Below, piece by piece: positions 27,241 to 36,709 of a DNA stretch of 64,000 nucleotides (position 1 is the first letter of the stretch; the number at the start of each line of letters is the position of its first letter). Source of the DNA: a virus; IMG/VR virus record IMGVR_UViG_3300046648_000213, positions 19,210-83,209 of that record; one strand, 5' to 3'. Both the position numbers and the translations under genes were made by a program. Under the pieces are notes generated by a model that worked only from the letters and a program-made list of their open reading frames with translations, was not told where the DNA came from and ran no database searches.

Positions 27241-28106
27241 TCGTTGCGCCAATCGAGAAGGTGATCCCGTTCCGGTACGCGCCGGACACAATGGACGGCC
27301 TCTTCGAATGTCTCACTGTCCAATTGGACAACGAGATCATCGTCCCGGCGCGTGCGCTGTTCGAGGTGCTCGGCACGGACTGGCCGACCTCGCGCAAGAT
27401 GCTGCTCGGGCGTGGCGTTGAATTCCGCAAGCATCCGGTGAAGGCGGGCAGGCGCGTGGGCCTGGTCGATTGCATGACGCTGCCCGACGTGACAGCCGCG
27501 CTCGACAAGATGAACCCGAACAAGGCACCGTCCGACGAGCTCAAGATGCGCCGGCATCTGTTCAAGGTCGGTCTGGTGCGCGAGATCGAGAACGGTTGGG
27601 GATTGAATATCGCTGCAAAATCCGCGGACCCGGACACGATCATAGTGACGGACACGTTGGACGGCGCGGACCTGTTCCGGCGCGACGCATCGCGGCTCGG
27701 CATGCATCCGAACCACATCGGCGCCGTGGTGCGCACGGGCGGCTTTATCGAAGTCGTGAAGCCGCAGGTGGCGACGCGCGTGAAGCGCCTGATGCAGCCG
27801 AAGGGCGCACCGGACTCGTTCGTCGAGATCATCGAGCAGCGCGCGTCGCGCGAGACGATCCAGCTTCCGCTGGACGCTTACGCACCGGGCGAGCTCGAGC
27901 GGCGCATGCGGGACGCCAAACCCATCGTGCCGGCGGACATATTCGAGCGTAAGGCGTCGGACGACCCACTTGCCCAACGCCGTGTGTTGCCGCGCCGGCC
28001 GGACGTGATCGACCTGAACCCGACGCTGGACGATATGAATCCGGACCGGTGGAAGTTCGTGATGCTGCCGGAAACCGTTGAGAAGAAGGTGTGGGACTGT
28101 GAGTGA
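27237..28106 (+). CDS. Antirepressor-like protein (P22 Ant N-terminal-like domain)
   Basis: VPARALFEVLGTDWPTSRKML and CMTLPDV..L..MNPNK resemble the P22_AR_N pattern. Confidence 0.55.
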   Translation: MIVAPIEKVIPFRYAPDTMDGLFECLTVQLDNEIIVPARALFEVLGTDWPTSRKMLLGRGVEFRKHPVKAGRRVGLVDCMTLPDVTAALDKMNPNKAPSDELKMRRHLFKVGLVREIENGWGLNIAAKSADPDTIIVTDTLDGADLFRRDASRLGMHPNHIGAVVRTGGFIEVVKPQVATRVKRLMQPKGAPDSFVEIIEQRASRETIQLPLDAYAPGELERRMRDAKPIVPADIFERKASDDPLAQRRVLPRRPDVIDLNPTLDDMNPDRWKFVMLPETVEKKVWDCE

Positions 28107-28173
28107 ACACTGACCAGCTTGCGAGGCTGGTCAGTGTCCATTTGGACACTGCAACCTACGTTGGAAGTCACAT

Positions 28174-28557
28174 ATGGAGGTAACTATGCTCGAAGCGCTG
28201 CGCACTGTGCGCCGCCTCACGGACGAAGGGATGAAGCGCGAGATCGCTGAAGCGCTCGTCGAAGAGATCAATGCGGGGATGAAAGACAACCTCGTAACGA
28301 AGTCGGACCTGAAGACTGAACTTGCCCTGCTGCGTGCCGATATTAAGGCGGACCTCTCGGAGCTCAAGTCGGAACTCGTCGGCACGCGCTCCGACCTGCG
28401 TGCTGAGATCAGGGAAGGGAAGAGCGATTCGCGCTCGTACATCGACGGCGTGCTGTCTGACTTCAAGACGGCGATCACGGTGCGCGTCGCGTTCCTGATG
28501 GTCGCGCAGCTTTTCGCGATGGCCGGGATCGGCATGTATCTGAAGCACGGCGGCTGA
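28174..28557 (+). CDS. DUF1640/CCDC90-like coiled-coil protein with C-terminal TM
   Basis: L..EGM....AEAL, LVTKSDL, heptads, hydrophobic tail. Confidence 0.65.
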   Translation: MEVTMLEALRTVRRLTDEGMKREIAEALVEEINAGMKDNLVTKSDLKTELALLRADIKADLSELKSELVGTRSDLRAEIREGKSDSRSYIDGVLSDFKTAITVRVAFLMVAQLFAMAGIGMYLKHGG

Positions 28558-28558
28558 C

Positions 28559-28693
28559 ATGCTTGCGTGGATTCTCCGCCGCCGCTACTACGCGTTGCGG
28601 TATAGCGCACATGTGACAGGCGATCCGATCGTGGCTAACGCCGCCGATATTCTGGAGGCGCGGCTCGACCGCCTGCTAGTCGCTCACGACTAG
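28559..28693 (+). CDS. Small hypothetical protein (44 aa)
   Basis: ATG 2 nt after upstream stop; ends before terminator. Confidence 0.4.
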   Translation: MLAWILRRRYYALRYSAHVTGDPIVANAADILEARLDRLLVAHD

Positions 28694-28722
28694 CCTCAAC
28701 ACAATCTGTAGTGCAATTTCAC

Positions 28723-28744
28723 AGCCCGCTTCGGCGGGCTTTTT
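28723..28744 (+). terminator. Intrinsic terminator
   Basis: AGCCCGC-TTCG-GCGGGCT-TTTT. Confidence 0.85.
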
Positions 28745-28786
28745 CGTGTCCAAATGGACAACAACTTTAATCGGAGTAGAACAAAA

Positions 28787-29503
28787 ATGAACAAGCACTT
28801 TCGCGTCTTCCACGCTCCCGAAACCTTCGACCCGAACAACATGGGTCCGGCGCAGCAGTACGATTGCATGGCGATCGACGAGACGGCTGCGCGTCAGCAG
28901 GTGAACGCCAAGTTCCCGAAGCACGAGATTCGCATCGTGTTCGAACGCAACCGGTTCAAGGATGCGCTGTTCATCCAGTCGGCGTGCAACCCGGTGGCGA
29001 TCACGACCGCGCTGGCCGACGCGATGCGCATGTGCCGCGCCGAGAACATGGACACGTCGGCGATCTGCAACGACCCGGCCGTGCGCCTCATCGTGCACCA
29101 GCTTGCCCACCTGACGAACCAGTACGAACTCACGAACTCCATGAGCGCGTACAGCCATGCGACGCAGATGTGCGAGCTCGGGCAAGACGGCAAGCAGTTC
29201 CGTCTCCCGAAGAAGCTCCCGATGCTCGACCTTAGAAAGGAAGAGGCGGGCGGCGGCCAATACATCTATGCCTGCGCCTGGGCGACGGCCAGCGGCGGAT
29301 CGTGCGACTGGTGGTATCGCCAGCAAGACGCGTGGGACCACGCGCAGTCGCTGGCACTGAATGAGAACTTCTCCGACACCGAAGTCTGCTTCTTCGAGGT
29401 GATGGTCGACACGTCGACGGTCATGCGCGGCAACGTGGTCGACGTGCTCGACGGTGCGTATGCAGACCACCTCGCGAAGCACACGGTGGCAGCTGATGCC
29501 TAA
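28787..29503 (+). CDS. Hypothetical early protein
   Basis: GGAG RBS; phage codon usage. Confidence 0.75.
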   Translation: MNKHFRVFHAPETFDPNNMGPAQQYDCMAIDETAARQQVNAKFPKHEIRIVFERNRFKDALFIQSACNPVAITTALADAMRMCRAENMDTSAICNDPAVRLIVHQLAHLTNQYELTNSMSAYSHATQMCELGQDGKQFRLPKKLPMLDLRKEEAGGGQYIYACAWATASGGSCDWWYRQQDAWDHAQSLALNENFSDTEVCFFEVMVDTSTVMRGNVVDVLDGAYADHLAKHTVAADA

Positions 29504-29657
29504 GTTCAAGGTCGGGCAGACCGTGCGCTACATCAGCTACGGCGTCGAGAAGACGGAAGTGATCGTCCGCATCGGCGAGCGTAGCGGAATCCTTTTCTTC
29601 TCCGGCGGCAGGTTCCTGTATCCGGAGAGCGTTATCGAAATCGTGGAGAAGTCATGA
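29496..29657 (+). CDS. Small SH3-like hypothetical protein
   Basis: PKFKVGQTVRY start; overlapping junctions. Confidence 0.6.
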   Translation: MPKFKVGQTVRYISYGVEKTEVIVRIGERSGILFFSGGRFLYPESVIEIVEKS

Positions 29658-29908
29658 ACGAACAACAAATGCTGGAACTGCTGCGCGCCACGGTGCGCGC
29701 CAAGCTCGCTTATTGGGACGAACTGCGCAAGCTCGAGCTCGCGCTGACGAACGGCGGCGAGTTCAGCGACAAGGCGAACGACCAAGTGATCGCGGACATC
29801 GACACACTTGCCGCCGGCCTGCCGCTCGACAACAACACCGACGCGATCACGAGTGTCCATTTGGACAACCTGAAGCACGCCGTCGCCGAACATCCGATCG
29901 AGGACTGA
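29654..29908 (+). CDS. Hypothetical protein
   Basis: GGAG RBS; ATGA overlap. Confidence 0.7.
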   Translation: MNEQQMLELLRATVRAKLAYWDELRKLELALTNGGEFSDKANDQVIADIDTLAAGLPLDNNTDAITSVHLDNLKHAVAEHPIED

Positions 29909-29909
29909 C

Positions 29910-30506
29910 ATGAGCACGAACATCACCGTCATGCCGACAATGGACATGACCAGCGACGAGCGCCACGTCTTCTACGCGGTCGAATGGCTCACGGACGATG
30001 GACACCATGCCGTCGACGTCTATCACTACGAGGAAAGCCGCGACAGCCACGCCAAGGGGCTGAGCAAAGCGAAGGTCGTGGTCTACGACATCGTGTGCCC
30101 GTTCAGCGCCGGCCAGGAGGAAGCGGAAGACTTCGCCCGCGACAACGCATACCTGAAGCAGCCGGCCGCCGTGCATCAGGCCGACCGCCGCGAGATGGAG
30201 ATCGCGATCGTCACGAAGCTCGTCAACACGGCGATCCACCTCGGCTACGAGGTCAGCGTGTACGACGGCGAAGCGTGGCCGATCAAGCACAGCACCTTCG
30301 CGCTGAACGTGCTGGCCGAGATGTTCGCAACCTCTGAAGAGTCGCTGCACTTTCACAGCGGCAAGCGCTACATCGGCGTCGTCGATCTCGTGTACGGCAA
30401 CGAGGGCTGGACTGTGATCGCCGACAACACGGAAAGCGCAGAGATGACCGCCATCCTCGCGCCGGCCGAAGAACTTGCCCGCCAACTGGAGTTTGAAAAC
30501 GCATGA
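29910..30506 (+). CDS. Acidic hypothetical protein
   Basis: Operon packing; GAGG RBS. Confidence 0.75.
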   Translation: MSTNITVMPTMDMTSDERHVFYAVEWLTDDGHHAVDVYHYEESRDSHAKGLSKAKVVVYDIVCPFSAGQEEAEDFARDNAYLKQPAAVHQADRREMEIAIVTKLVNTAIHLGYEVSVYDGEAWPIKHSTFALNVLAEMFATSEESLHFHSGKRYIGVVDLVYGNEGWTVIADNTESAEMTAILAPAEELARQLEFENA

Positions 30507-30895
30507 ACCCGATCAAGATCACGCTCGAGACGGAACTGGACGACAGCTGGATGCAGGAGATGTTCGCGATGATCGATATAGGAGTCGCGTATTGGGCGAC
30601 GCCCAACGTCGAGCGCTTCGTCGACTATCGCGAGACGAACGGCGACCGCACGGTCGCGCTGCACATCATCGAGGATGAGGTCGTGCGCGGCCAGGATCAC
30701 CCGCGCGAGCTCGCTATCGACGCAGCGGTAATCAACCGCGGCATCGAGCGCATCCTGCAGGGCGATGTGCACGCATACCCGGACGAGATCGGCGAGATCG
30801 TCAAGTCGCTGAACACCGGCGAGAACCTGATCGGCGCCGAACTTGCCGACACGATCGTGCAGGCCGGCCTGTACGGCGAACTCATTTGGGGGTGA
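30503..30895 (+). CDS. Acidic hypothetical protein
   Basis: ATGA overlap; C-terminal ADTIVQAGLYGELIWG. Confidence 0.75.
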   Translation: MNPIKITLETELDDSWMQEMFAMIDIGVAYWATPNVERFVDYRETNGDRTVALHIIEDEVVRGQDHPRELAIDAAVINRGIERILQGDVHAYPDEIGEIVKSLNTGENLIGAELADTIVQAGLYGELIWG

Positions 30896-30896
30896 C

Positions 30897-31316
30897 ATGA
30901 AGCTGTTCATGATGTGTGGCCGCATCAGCGGTTGGGATGACGATCTCGCGATGCTTGTGGCAGCTGAGGACGACGCCGAAGCGTGCGCCAAGTTCCGGCG
31001 CGAGCTTCTCGACATTGACGGAAGCCAGTGCCCGCCGGACTGCGAGGAGCCGGAGCTCTACATCCACCAGACCGATCTCGTCGGCGCGATCATGCCGGAC
31101 GGCAAGGTGCAGACGTCGTTCGGCGGGGGCGCGGCGCCGGAGCCGGAACCGAAGCACTTCACGGTGCAGATCACCGAGTCGAGCCAGTATCAGGTCGATA
31201 TCCTGTGGCCGACGCGCGAGGGTGTGGAGGACGAAGCGCGCCGGCTGCTGGTCGAAGGCGGAAAGGACGCGTTCCTGACCGATTGCAACGAACTCTCGAT
31301 CAAGGTGCACGAATGA
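30897..31316 (+). CDS. Acidic hypothetical protein
   Basis: Operon packing. Confidence 0.7.
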   Translation: MKLFMMCGRISGWDDDLAMLVAAEDDAEACAKFRRELLDIDGSQCPPDCEEPELYIHQTDLVGAIMPDGKVQTSFGGGAAPEPEPKHFTVQITESSQYQVDILWPTREGVEDEARRLLVEGGKDAFLTDCNELSIKVHE

Positions 31317-31735
31317 AGGTCAAGACGAAGGACCTGAGCGGCGCTGCGCTCGACTACGCCGTCGCGACGTGCGAAGGACTTCCGCTGCGTCTCGATCCTA
31401 TGGGTTTTCGCAGGGACGCGCCAAAGTCGTCGCAAGCCGGATGGTGGGTGTGGGACGAGAAACCCGGCGTGTTGAAGATGGTCACGCAGTTAGTCGGGAA
31501 GGACTATTCGCCTTCGACAAATTGGGCGCAGGGCGGGCCGATCATCGAGATCAAGCGCATCGACGTTATCTCGGACCCGAACGGATCGGCCGGCTGGATG
31601 GGGCGCAACTATGTCGACTGGCGAGAGGTCCAGCGTTTCGGCGCGACGCCGCTTGAAGCAGCGATGCGCTGCTACGTGAGCGCCACGTATGGCGAGGAGC
31701 TCGACATCCCCGACGAACTCATGGAGAAAGCATGA
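31313..31735 (+). CDS. DUF2591/NinX-like phage protein
   Basis: DLSGAALDYAVA, YSPSTNWAQGGPII, TPLEAAMRCYV motifs. Confidence 0.75.
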   Translation: MKVKTKDLSGAALDYAVATCEGLPLRLDPMGFRRDAPKSSQAGWWVWDEKPGVLKMVTQLVGKDYSPSTNWAQGGPIIEIKRIDVISDPNGSAGWMGRNYVDWREVQRFGATPLEAAMRCYVSATYGEELDIPDELMEKA

Positions 31736-31899
31736 AGAAGTTCACCGTGACGATCGAGGAGGTGATCCGCCACACGCTCACCGTCGAGGCTGACAGCGAA
31801 GAAAAGGCGAGCGAGATCGCAATGGACACTCTCCTCCAGCAGGGCGAGGACGCATTCAACTCGTCCATCGAAGACCGCAGCGTCTACATGGTGCTCTGA
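31732..31899 (+). CDS. Small acidic protein (DpnD/PcfM-like)
   Basis: FTVTIEE......VEADSEEKA pattern. Confidence 0.55.
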   Translation: MKKFTVTIEEVIRHTLTVEADSEEKASEIAMDTLLQQGEDAFNSSIEDRSVYMVL

Positions 31900-32093
31900 T
31901 GTGGCAGATACGACACGCACACACGATGGAGGACCTCGGGACATACGTGACGACCAATGCGGCGCTCGCCGCATTGAAAGCCGATGGGTTTCGGGTCTAC
32001 GCAACAATCCGCACGAAGGGAGTTATCTACGTCGTGCCTGACGAAAGGAAGAAGAAAGATGGCAACGAAGACGGAAGTGAAGCTGCACAGTGA
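31899..32093 (+). CDS. Hypothetical protein
   Basis: TGATG overlap. Confidence 0.5.
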   Translation: MWQIRHAHTMEDLGTYVTTNAALAALKADGFRVYATIRTKGVIYVVPDERKKKDGNEDGSEAAQ

Positions 32094-32298
32094 CGGCGCG
32101 CTCTCAATCATGGAAGCGCACGACAAGGCAGGGATCGCGTACTGGTTCAACGCGATGGGGCACGAGCGTCGCTCGGGGACGGTGCTGGCGATGTTCGTCG
32201 ACGGCGACCAGGCGGACATGGAAATCACCCTGTGGCCGAACGGGACGTGGGACGCTAAGACGCGAATCGTCGTGGGTGATGAGGTGACCGGGGAGTAA
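32059..32298 (+). CDS. Hypothetical protein
   Basis: AAGGA RBS before MATKTEV. Confidence 0.6.
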   Translation: MATKTEVKLHSDGALSIMEAHDKAGIAYWFNAMGHERRSGTVLAMFVDGDQADMEITLWPNGTWDAKTRIVVGDEVTGE

Positions 32299-32339
32299 GA
32301 AAGCCGCTGTCCAATTGGACAGCACGACTTACGGAGGAA

Positions 32340-32609
32340 GTGATGCTTCACGAATACAACGGCTATTACGACTGCAAGGTTGTGAAGGTGTACGCGGAGA
32401 ATCAAACTGAGGCGTTGCGACTTGCCATTGCGGCAATCAACCCGCCGAAGCGCAAGGCATACATGGTCGGCGTTGCGCTGACCCGGTGGAACGTGGAGCT
32501 CCCTTCTGACGAGGAGAAAGAGAGTGAGAATGAAATTCAGCGAGATTCTCGACGAGTATCTCGACCTGCGCGAAAAGGGTCCGGACGAGAGTTCGGGCTA
32601 CAGCGATAA
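32340..32609 (+). CDS. Hypothetical protein
   Basis: GGAGG RBS directly after a palindrome. Confidence 0.6.
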   Translation: MMLHEYNGYYDCKVVKVYAENQTEALRLAIAAINPPKRKAYMVGVALTRWNVELPSDEEKESENEIQRDSRRVSRPARKGSGREFGLQR

Positions 32610-32685
32610 GGCGTACTACACGCGAATGAACGAACTTAGCGAGGCGATGGACATGCTCGCGCCGGGGGAGATCACCTTCGAATGA
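32530..32685 (+). CDS. Small hypothetical protein (51 aa)
   Basis: MKFSEILDEYLDLR; ATGA overlap with next gene. Confidence 0.5.
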   Translation: MKFSEILDEYLDLREKGPDESSGYSDKAYYTRMNELSEAMDMLAPGEITFE

Positions 32686-32957
32686 AGTGGATTGAACTCA
32701 TCACGAAGCTGCGCGCCGAGCCGCGCGCAGCGCACGTGTTCGTGGTCAGCCCGCACAACCAAGCTGACCTGCATCCGGTCGGCACCGTGCGCAGCGTGAT
32801 CGAACGGCTCGGCATTCTCGAAGAGACGCCGCTCGAGCGCGTGCAGATCGTCACCGACGAGCGGCGCGGCGAGTATCGCTGGATCAAGTCGGTGCTCAGC
32901 TGGCGCACCGGTGTCACCGAAATCCCATGTAACTCGGTGTACCTCACCGTCGAGTGA
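32682..32957 (+). CDS. Hypothetical protein
   Basis: Operon packing. Confidence 0.65.
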   Translation: MKWIELITKLRAEPRAAHVFVVSPHNQADLHPVGTVRSVIERLGILEETPLERVQIVTDERRGEYRWIKSVLSWRTGVTEIPCNSVYLTVE

Positions 32958-33027
32958 ACACCAGCTTGCCCTGCGGGGCAAGCTAGTGTCCATTTGGACA
33001 CTGCATCATCAACCTACGGAGGAAGTG

Positions 33028-33429
33028 ATGAGCAAAGTATTGAGCGAGCGCCGGAAGGCGGACCGCGAAGAGATGGCGAAGCGCGTCGAGGCGCTGCTGA
33101 ACGAGCTCGGCGTGGCGTATGAGCGCAGCGAGCACGACCGCGAGATCAACATCGACGTGCACGGCCCGCGCGGCCTGTGCGTGCTGGTCGACTTCGACGG
33201 CGCGTCGTGGCAGCCGGACGTCCATGTGCTGTCGTGGCATATCCGCGAGCGCGGCGCGCAGCTGAGCGACGCGCGCTTCGGCGGCAACGTGAACCCGCAT
33301 CACAAGGCCAAGGCGACCTACGTCGCGTATGGATTCGACAACCTGATGTACAGCCTGCGCCGCGGCCTCGAGCTCGCGATCAGCGGCAAAGCATTCCTCG
33401 ACTACGAAGAACAACAAAAGGCGGCCTGA
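33028..33429 (+). CDS. Hypothetical protein
   Basis: GGAGG RBS after hairpin plus palindrome. Confidence 0.75.
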   Translation: MSKVLSERRKADREEMAKRVEALLNELGVAYERSEHDREINIDVHGPRGLCVLVDFDGASWQPDVHVLSWHIRERGAQLSDARFGGNVNPHHKAKATYVAYGFDNLMYSLRRGLELAISGKAFLDYEEQQKAA

Positions 33430-33431
33430 CA

Positions 33432-33926
33432 ATGGAAACCCCCTTCAAGAAGAAGCTCTTCCTCTCCGAGTCCGAACACGTTGGCGTCGGCCTGCTGCTG
33501 AAAGCGCCAGGCGAGCAGGTGATCTGCGAGTTCGATCAGACGCCCGACATGGCGTTCCATGCCGAGTACGTGAAGGACGCGGTGAACGCGTACCCGGACC
33601 TGCTTGCCGAGCGTGAGCAGTTGAAGGCCGTGCTGATGCACGCGATCGAGCAGCAGAAGCAGGCGCAGCGCGTGCACGAGATCATCGCCGATCTCGCGTT
33701 CGATCTCGGTCACAGGTGGCGCGACATGCCGGTCGCAAGCTGCCAAGGGATCATGGATCACGTCGGCGGCTCGCGCGGCTTGATGGACTGGCTCGTCGGC
33801 TGCGCGCACGAGTTCGACACGCTGTGGGAAGCGAAGCCGGAGGACGAGCAGGAAGACTACATCGGCGAGGTCGATGCGTTCGCGAACAGGAAGTTCGCCG
33901 AGCTCAAGCTGGAGGCGCTCGCGTGA
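33432..33926 (+). CDS. Hypothetical protein
   Basis: Start METPFK after upstream stop. Confidence 0.7.
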   Translation: METPFKKKLFLSESEHVGVGLLLKAPGEQVICEFDQTPDMAFHAEYVKDAVNAYPDLLAEREQLKAVLMHAIEQQKQAQRVHEIIADLAFDLGHRWRDMPVASCQGIMDHVGGSRGLMDWLVGCAHEFDTLWEAKPEDEQEDYIGEVDAFANRKFAELKLEALA

Positions 33927-34555
33927 AGACCCACTTCAAGATTGTCGTGATCGACGAGACGGATCACTGGATCGATGACATCCAGAAGCGCGCCGGCGCC
34001 GTGTGGGTTGCGTACATGTTCGACTCGCTGCGCCACGTGCACGCCTGCGAGATCACGCCGTCGTACGAACTGTGGCCACTCTACGCGACGGCGTGGAACC
34101 GCACCGGAAACGATGAGGTCGACGAGGAGCTCGAGTCGGAGATCATCCAGTGGGTCGGCAGCGACGTCGAGTATCACCACGTCAGCAGCATCGAGCGGCT
34201 GCCGGCCGCGCGCTTCTACGACTGCGGCGAGGAAGAGCACGATGACGACGAGACGTGGGAAGAGATTCGAGAGCGAGTCGAGGACCACTATCGCGGCAAC
34301 GTGGCGATCCAGTTCCCGGCAGGCTATGACGGCCCACCGCCGCCGCCCGTGCTGCACGAGTACGCATTCGACGTGAAGCTGTTCGCGTCGCTGCGCGTGA
34401 AGGCCGCCACGGAGGAAGAGGCGCGCGAGAAACTGCGCTCCGCGCTCGATTGTGCCGATACACACTTCGGGCAGTTGGACGGCGAGCCGCTGACGGCGGA
34501 AGCGTCGATCGACGGTGAGCCCGAGCTATATGAAATCGATGGAGAACCAACGTAA
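33923..34555 (+). CDS. Acidic hypothetical protein
   Basis: GGAGG RBS; GTGA overlap. Confidence 0.7.
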   Translation: MKTHFKIVVIDETDHWIDDIQKRAGAVWVAYMFDSLRHVHACEITPSYELWPLYATAWNRTGNDEVDEELESEIIQWVGSDVEYHHVSSIERLPAARFYDCGEEEHDDDETWEEIRERVEDHYRGNVAIQFPAGYDGPPPPPVLHEYAFDVKLFASLRVKAATEEEAREKLRSALDCADTHFGQLDGEPLTAEASIDGEPELYEIDGEPT

Positions 34556-34914
34556 TGCAGAAAATCGAAGCGGTAAAGACCAGCGACGGCCGGCTGTTCG
34601 AGACGAACGAAGAAGCCGCCAAGCACGAGATCGAGGTCGCTGTGCCGGCGCGCATCGACGAACTCTGGAACGAGTACATCGCGCAGCGTGATCGCCCGCA
34701 CCTGCACAACGTGAAGGAGTTCGTCCTCACGGCGGCAGAGGACCTGAACCGGGTCACGGCTACGGTGAAGCGCGCGAAGCAGGTGCTCGAGCCGAGCCGC
34801 CAGCAGTTCGAGGCAAAGCGCCAGGGACACACGTACTGCAAGCACTGCGACAGCGCGATAGCCTCGCATGAAAAGATTGAAGGCAAGTGGTATTGCCGAA
34901 AGGAGAACCTGTGA
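34555..34914 (+). CDS. Hypothetical protein with C-terminal Cys motif
   Basis: TSDGRLFET; CKHC...C. Confidence 0.7.
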   Translation: MQKIEAVKTSDGRLFETNEEAAKHEIEVAVPARIDELWNEYIAQRDRPHLHNVKEFVLTAAEDLNRVTATVKRAKQVLEPSRQQFEAKRQGHTYCKHCDSAIASHEKIEGKWYCRKENL

Positions 34915-35177
34915 GCAGGGAAATTCAGCTGTATTCCCCGAGCGGCAAGCGCATCGTGGGCACCGCCGAGACGATCCCCGGCGTGGCCTCGGTCGCGTAC
35001 TTCGAGCGCGACGAAAGCGGTGAACTCGTGCCGGTGCACGGCGGCGGCACCGACGTGAATTGGGACGGCCAGGAGACGATGCTCGGCGCCGACGATCAGA
35101 TCATCGTCGTCGACGAGGACGACGTGGAGTGGTCGCTCTCGGACTGCAACGAGGCAGAGGAAGAGGTCGAGGAGTGA
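34911..35177 (+). CDS. Acidic hypothetical protein
   Basis: AAGGAG RBS; GTG start. Confidence 0.7.
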   Translation: MSREIQLYSPSGKRIVGTAETIPGVASVAYFERDESGELVPVHGGGTDVNWDGQETMLGADDQIIVVDEDDVEWSLSDCNEAEEEVEE

Positions 35178-35323
35178 AGCACCTTGCCTGTGTGCTGTTG
35201 GGCGCGGCGCTGGTGGTCGCGCTCGACTACGTGACGGAGCGCGCCGCGGATCACCCGGTCTGCGAGCGCGTATCGGTTCAATCTACCGAGTGTCCAACTG
35301 GACACTCAAGCAAGCGCGTGTGA
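35174..35323 (+). CDS. Small secreted/membrane peptide
   Basis: KHLACVLLGAALVVAL hydrophobic N-terminus. Confidence 0.45.
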   Translation: MKHLACVLLGAALVVALDYVTERAADHPVCERVSVQSTECPTGHSSKRV

Positions 35324-35670
35324 GGTCAACGAATGATGCTGTGCGGACGTTGTGGGCAAGCTGGAATCGAATGGAAAGGTCCCCTGAGCGCCCTAACCCA
35401 TACAGAATGCCCACACTGTGGCGGTAATAATTGCCAGCAGGAAACAGAACCTGACGATGATCGAAAGGCAACGGACACAATTCCGTAATGTGCTGGTAAG
35501 TATCTGACGCGAAAACGGAAATTCTTTCGAGACCGTCGTCTGATCTGACGTAAATTTCCGATTGGGACACCTTTTGTCCATTACGCCCAGTTACAATGGC
35601 TCCCACTTTTACCTAATAGAGGCAGTAGAAACTGCCGCATTTGCCGGGTGTCCGTAAAGGGATTGTAATA

Positions 35671-35919
35671 ATGTTCAGCTACACGTATGCGAAGGGTTTC
35701 GTCAAGTGTCTGGAAGAAGTCGGCAAGCTCGGCCACAACATCGGGGCCTGCAAGGAGATCGCCAACCTGACCTTTGGCGAGGATGTATTGGAGACGCGGG
35801 CTGTGAAGGACAAGGTGTATATCCGGTTCACCGATCGCTCCGCCGTGGAGTGCTCACCGACCGAAGCAGGTGAGCGCTTCGTCGCGATGGACCCGCCGGC
35901 ACCGCCGACGTATCACTGA
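35671..35919 (+). CDS. Hypothetical protein
   Basis: Isolated ORF followed by a terminator. Confidence 0.6.
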   Translation: MFSYTYAKGFVKCLEEVGKLGHNIGACKEIANLTFGEDVLETRAVKDKVYIRFTDRSAVECSPTEAGERFVAMDPPAPPTYH

Positions 35920-35934
35920 GTAGCAGCACCGTTC

Positions 35935-35962
35935 AAAAAGGCCCGCTTTTGCGGGCCTTTTT
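35935..35962. terminator. Bidirectional terminator
   Basis: AAAAAGGCCCGC-TTTT-GCGGGCCTTTTT. Confidence 0.85.
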
Positions 35963-36027
35963 CATGTCCCAACAGGACGAAAATGTCATAGAATCCTTCA
36001 CCACAAAAACAATAAAGGTGAAGAGCC

Positions 36028-36252
36028 ATGAGAAGTGCACTGAGCATGCTTGCCGCAACCGCACTGGTGATGTCCGGCGCGTCCGCGACAGCGTTCAACG
36101 ACCCGAGCAGCGCGTTGTTCGGCCAGTGGGGCACAGCACAGGCTCCATTTAGCCGCAGCGCGCGTCGGCCAATTCGAAACAAACGCGTGGAGTTGCGCCG
36201 CCAGCGCGAGAAGATGGCAGCAGCATCCCGCAAACGAAACCGACTCAAATGA
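36028..36252 (+). CDS. Small basic hypothetical protein
   Basis: RBS; Arg/Lys-rich C-terminus. Confidence 0.55.
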   Translation: MRSALSMLAATALVMSGASATAFNDPSSALFGQWGTAQAPFSRSARRPIRNKRVELRRQREKMAAASRKRNRLK

Positions 36253-36644
36253 GAATTCTGTTCAATGACCGTGTGGGCAAAGAGTGCCGCACCTGCTGCA
36301 CCCGCCCGCGCGTCATCGACACCAGGCCGACCGATACCGGCTACGTCTATCGCCGCATGAAGTGCGAGTGTGGGCAGGAGCGGACGCTGGAGATTCCGAT
36401 GTCCCTGTACGAGGGCATGGAGAAGCAGATCGCCGACCTGAAGGCACAGAGCGCCAACATGCAGCGCGAGATCGCTCGCATGGAAGCGGAGGCGGCAGCA
36501 ATGAGCGACATTCACGCCACGCTCAAGCGCGTGGAGGCTGCGGTCACGCAGGTGCCGGAGAAGCCAACCTTGCTGATCGACGAGCCGGTGCCGCGCATGC
36601 CGCCGCCGCGCCACGTCATCGACCGCCGCTCTATGAGCATCTGA
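36249..36644 (+). CDS. Zn-ribbon (NrdR/Ogr-like N-terminus) coiled-coil protein
   Basis: CRTC...RVIDTR......YRRMKCECG..RTLE. Confidence 0.6.
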   Translation: MRILFNDRVGKECRTCCTRPRVIDTRPTDTGYVYRRMKCECGQERTLEIPMSLYEGMEKQIADLKAQSANMQREIARMEAEAAAMSDIHATLKRVEAAVTQVPEKPTLLIDEPVPRMPPPRHVIDRRSMSI

Positions 36645-36709
36645 ACGAGACATTTAATGTCCCAACCGGGCTGTCCAATTGGACAGCCCTTTTACTTTAA
36701 GAGGAAGTT

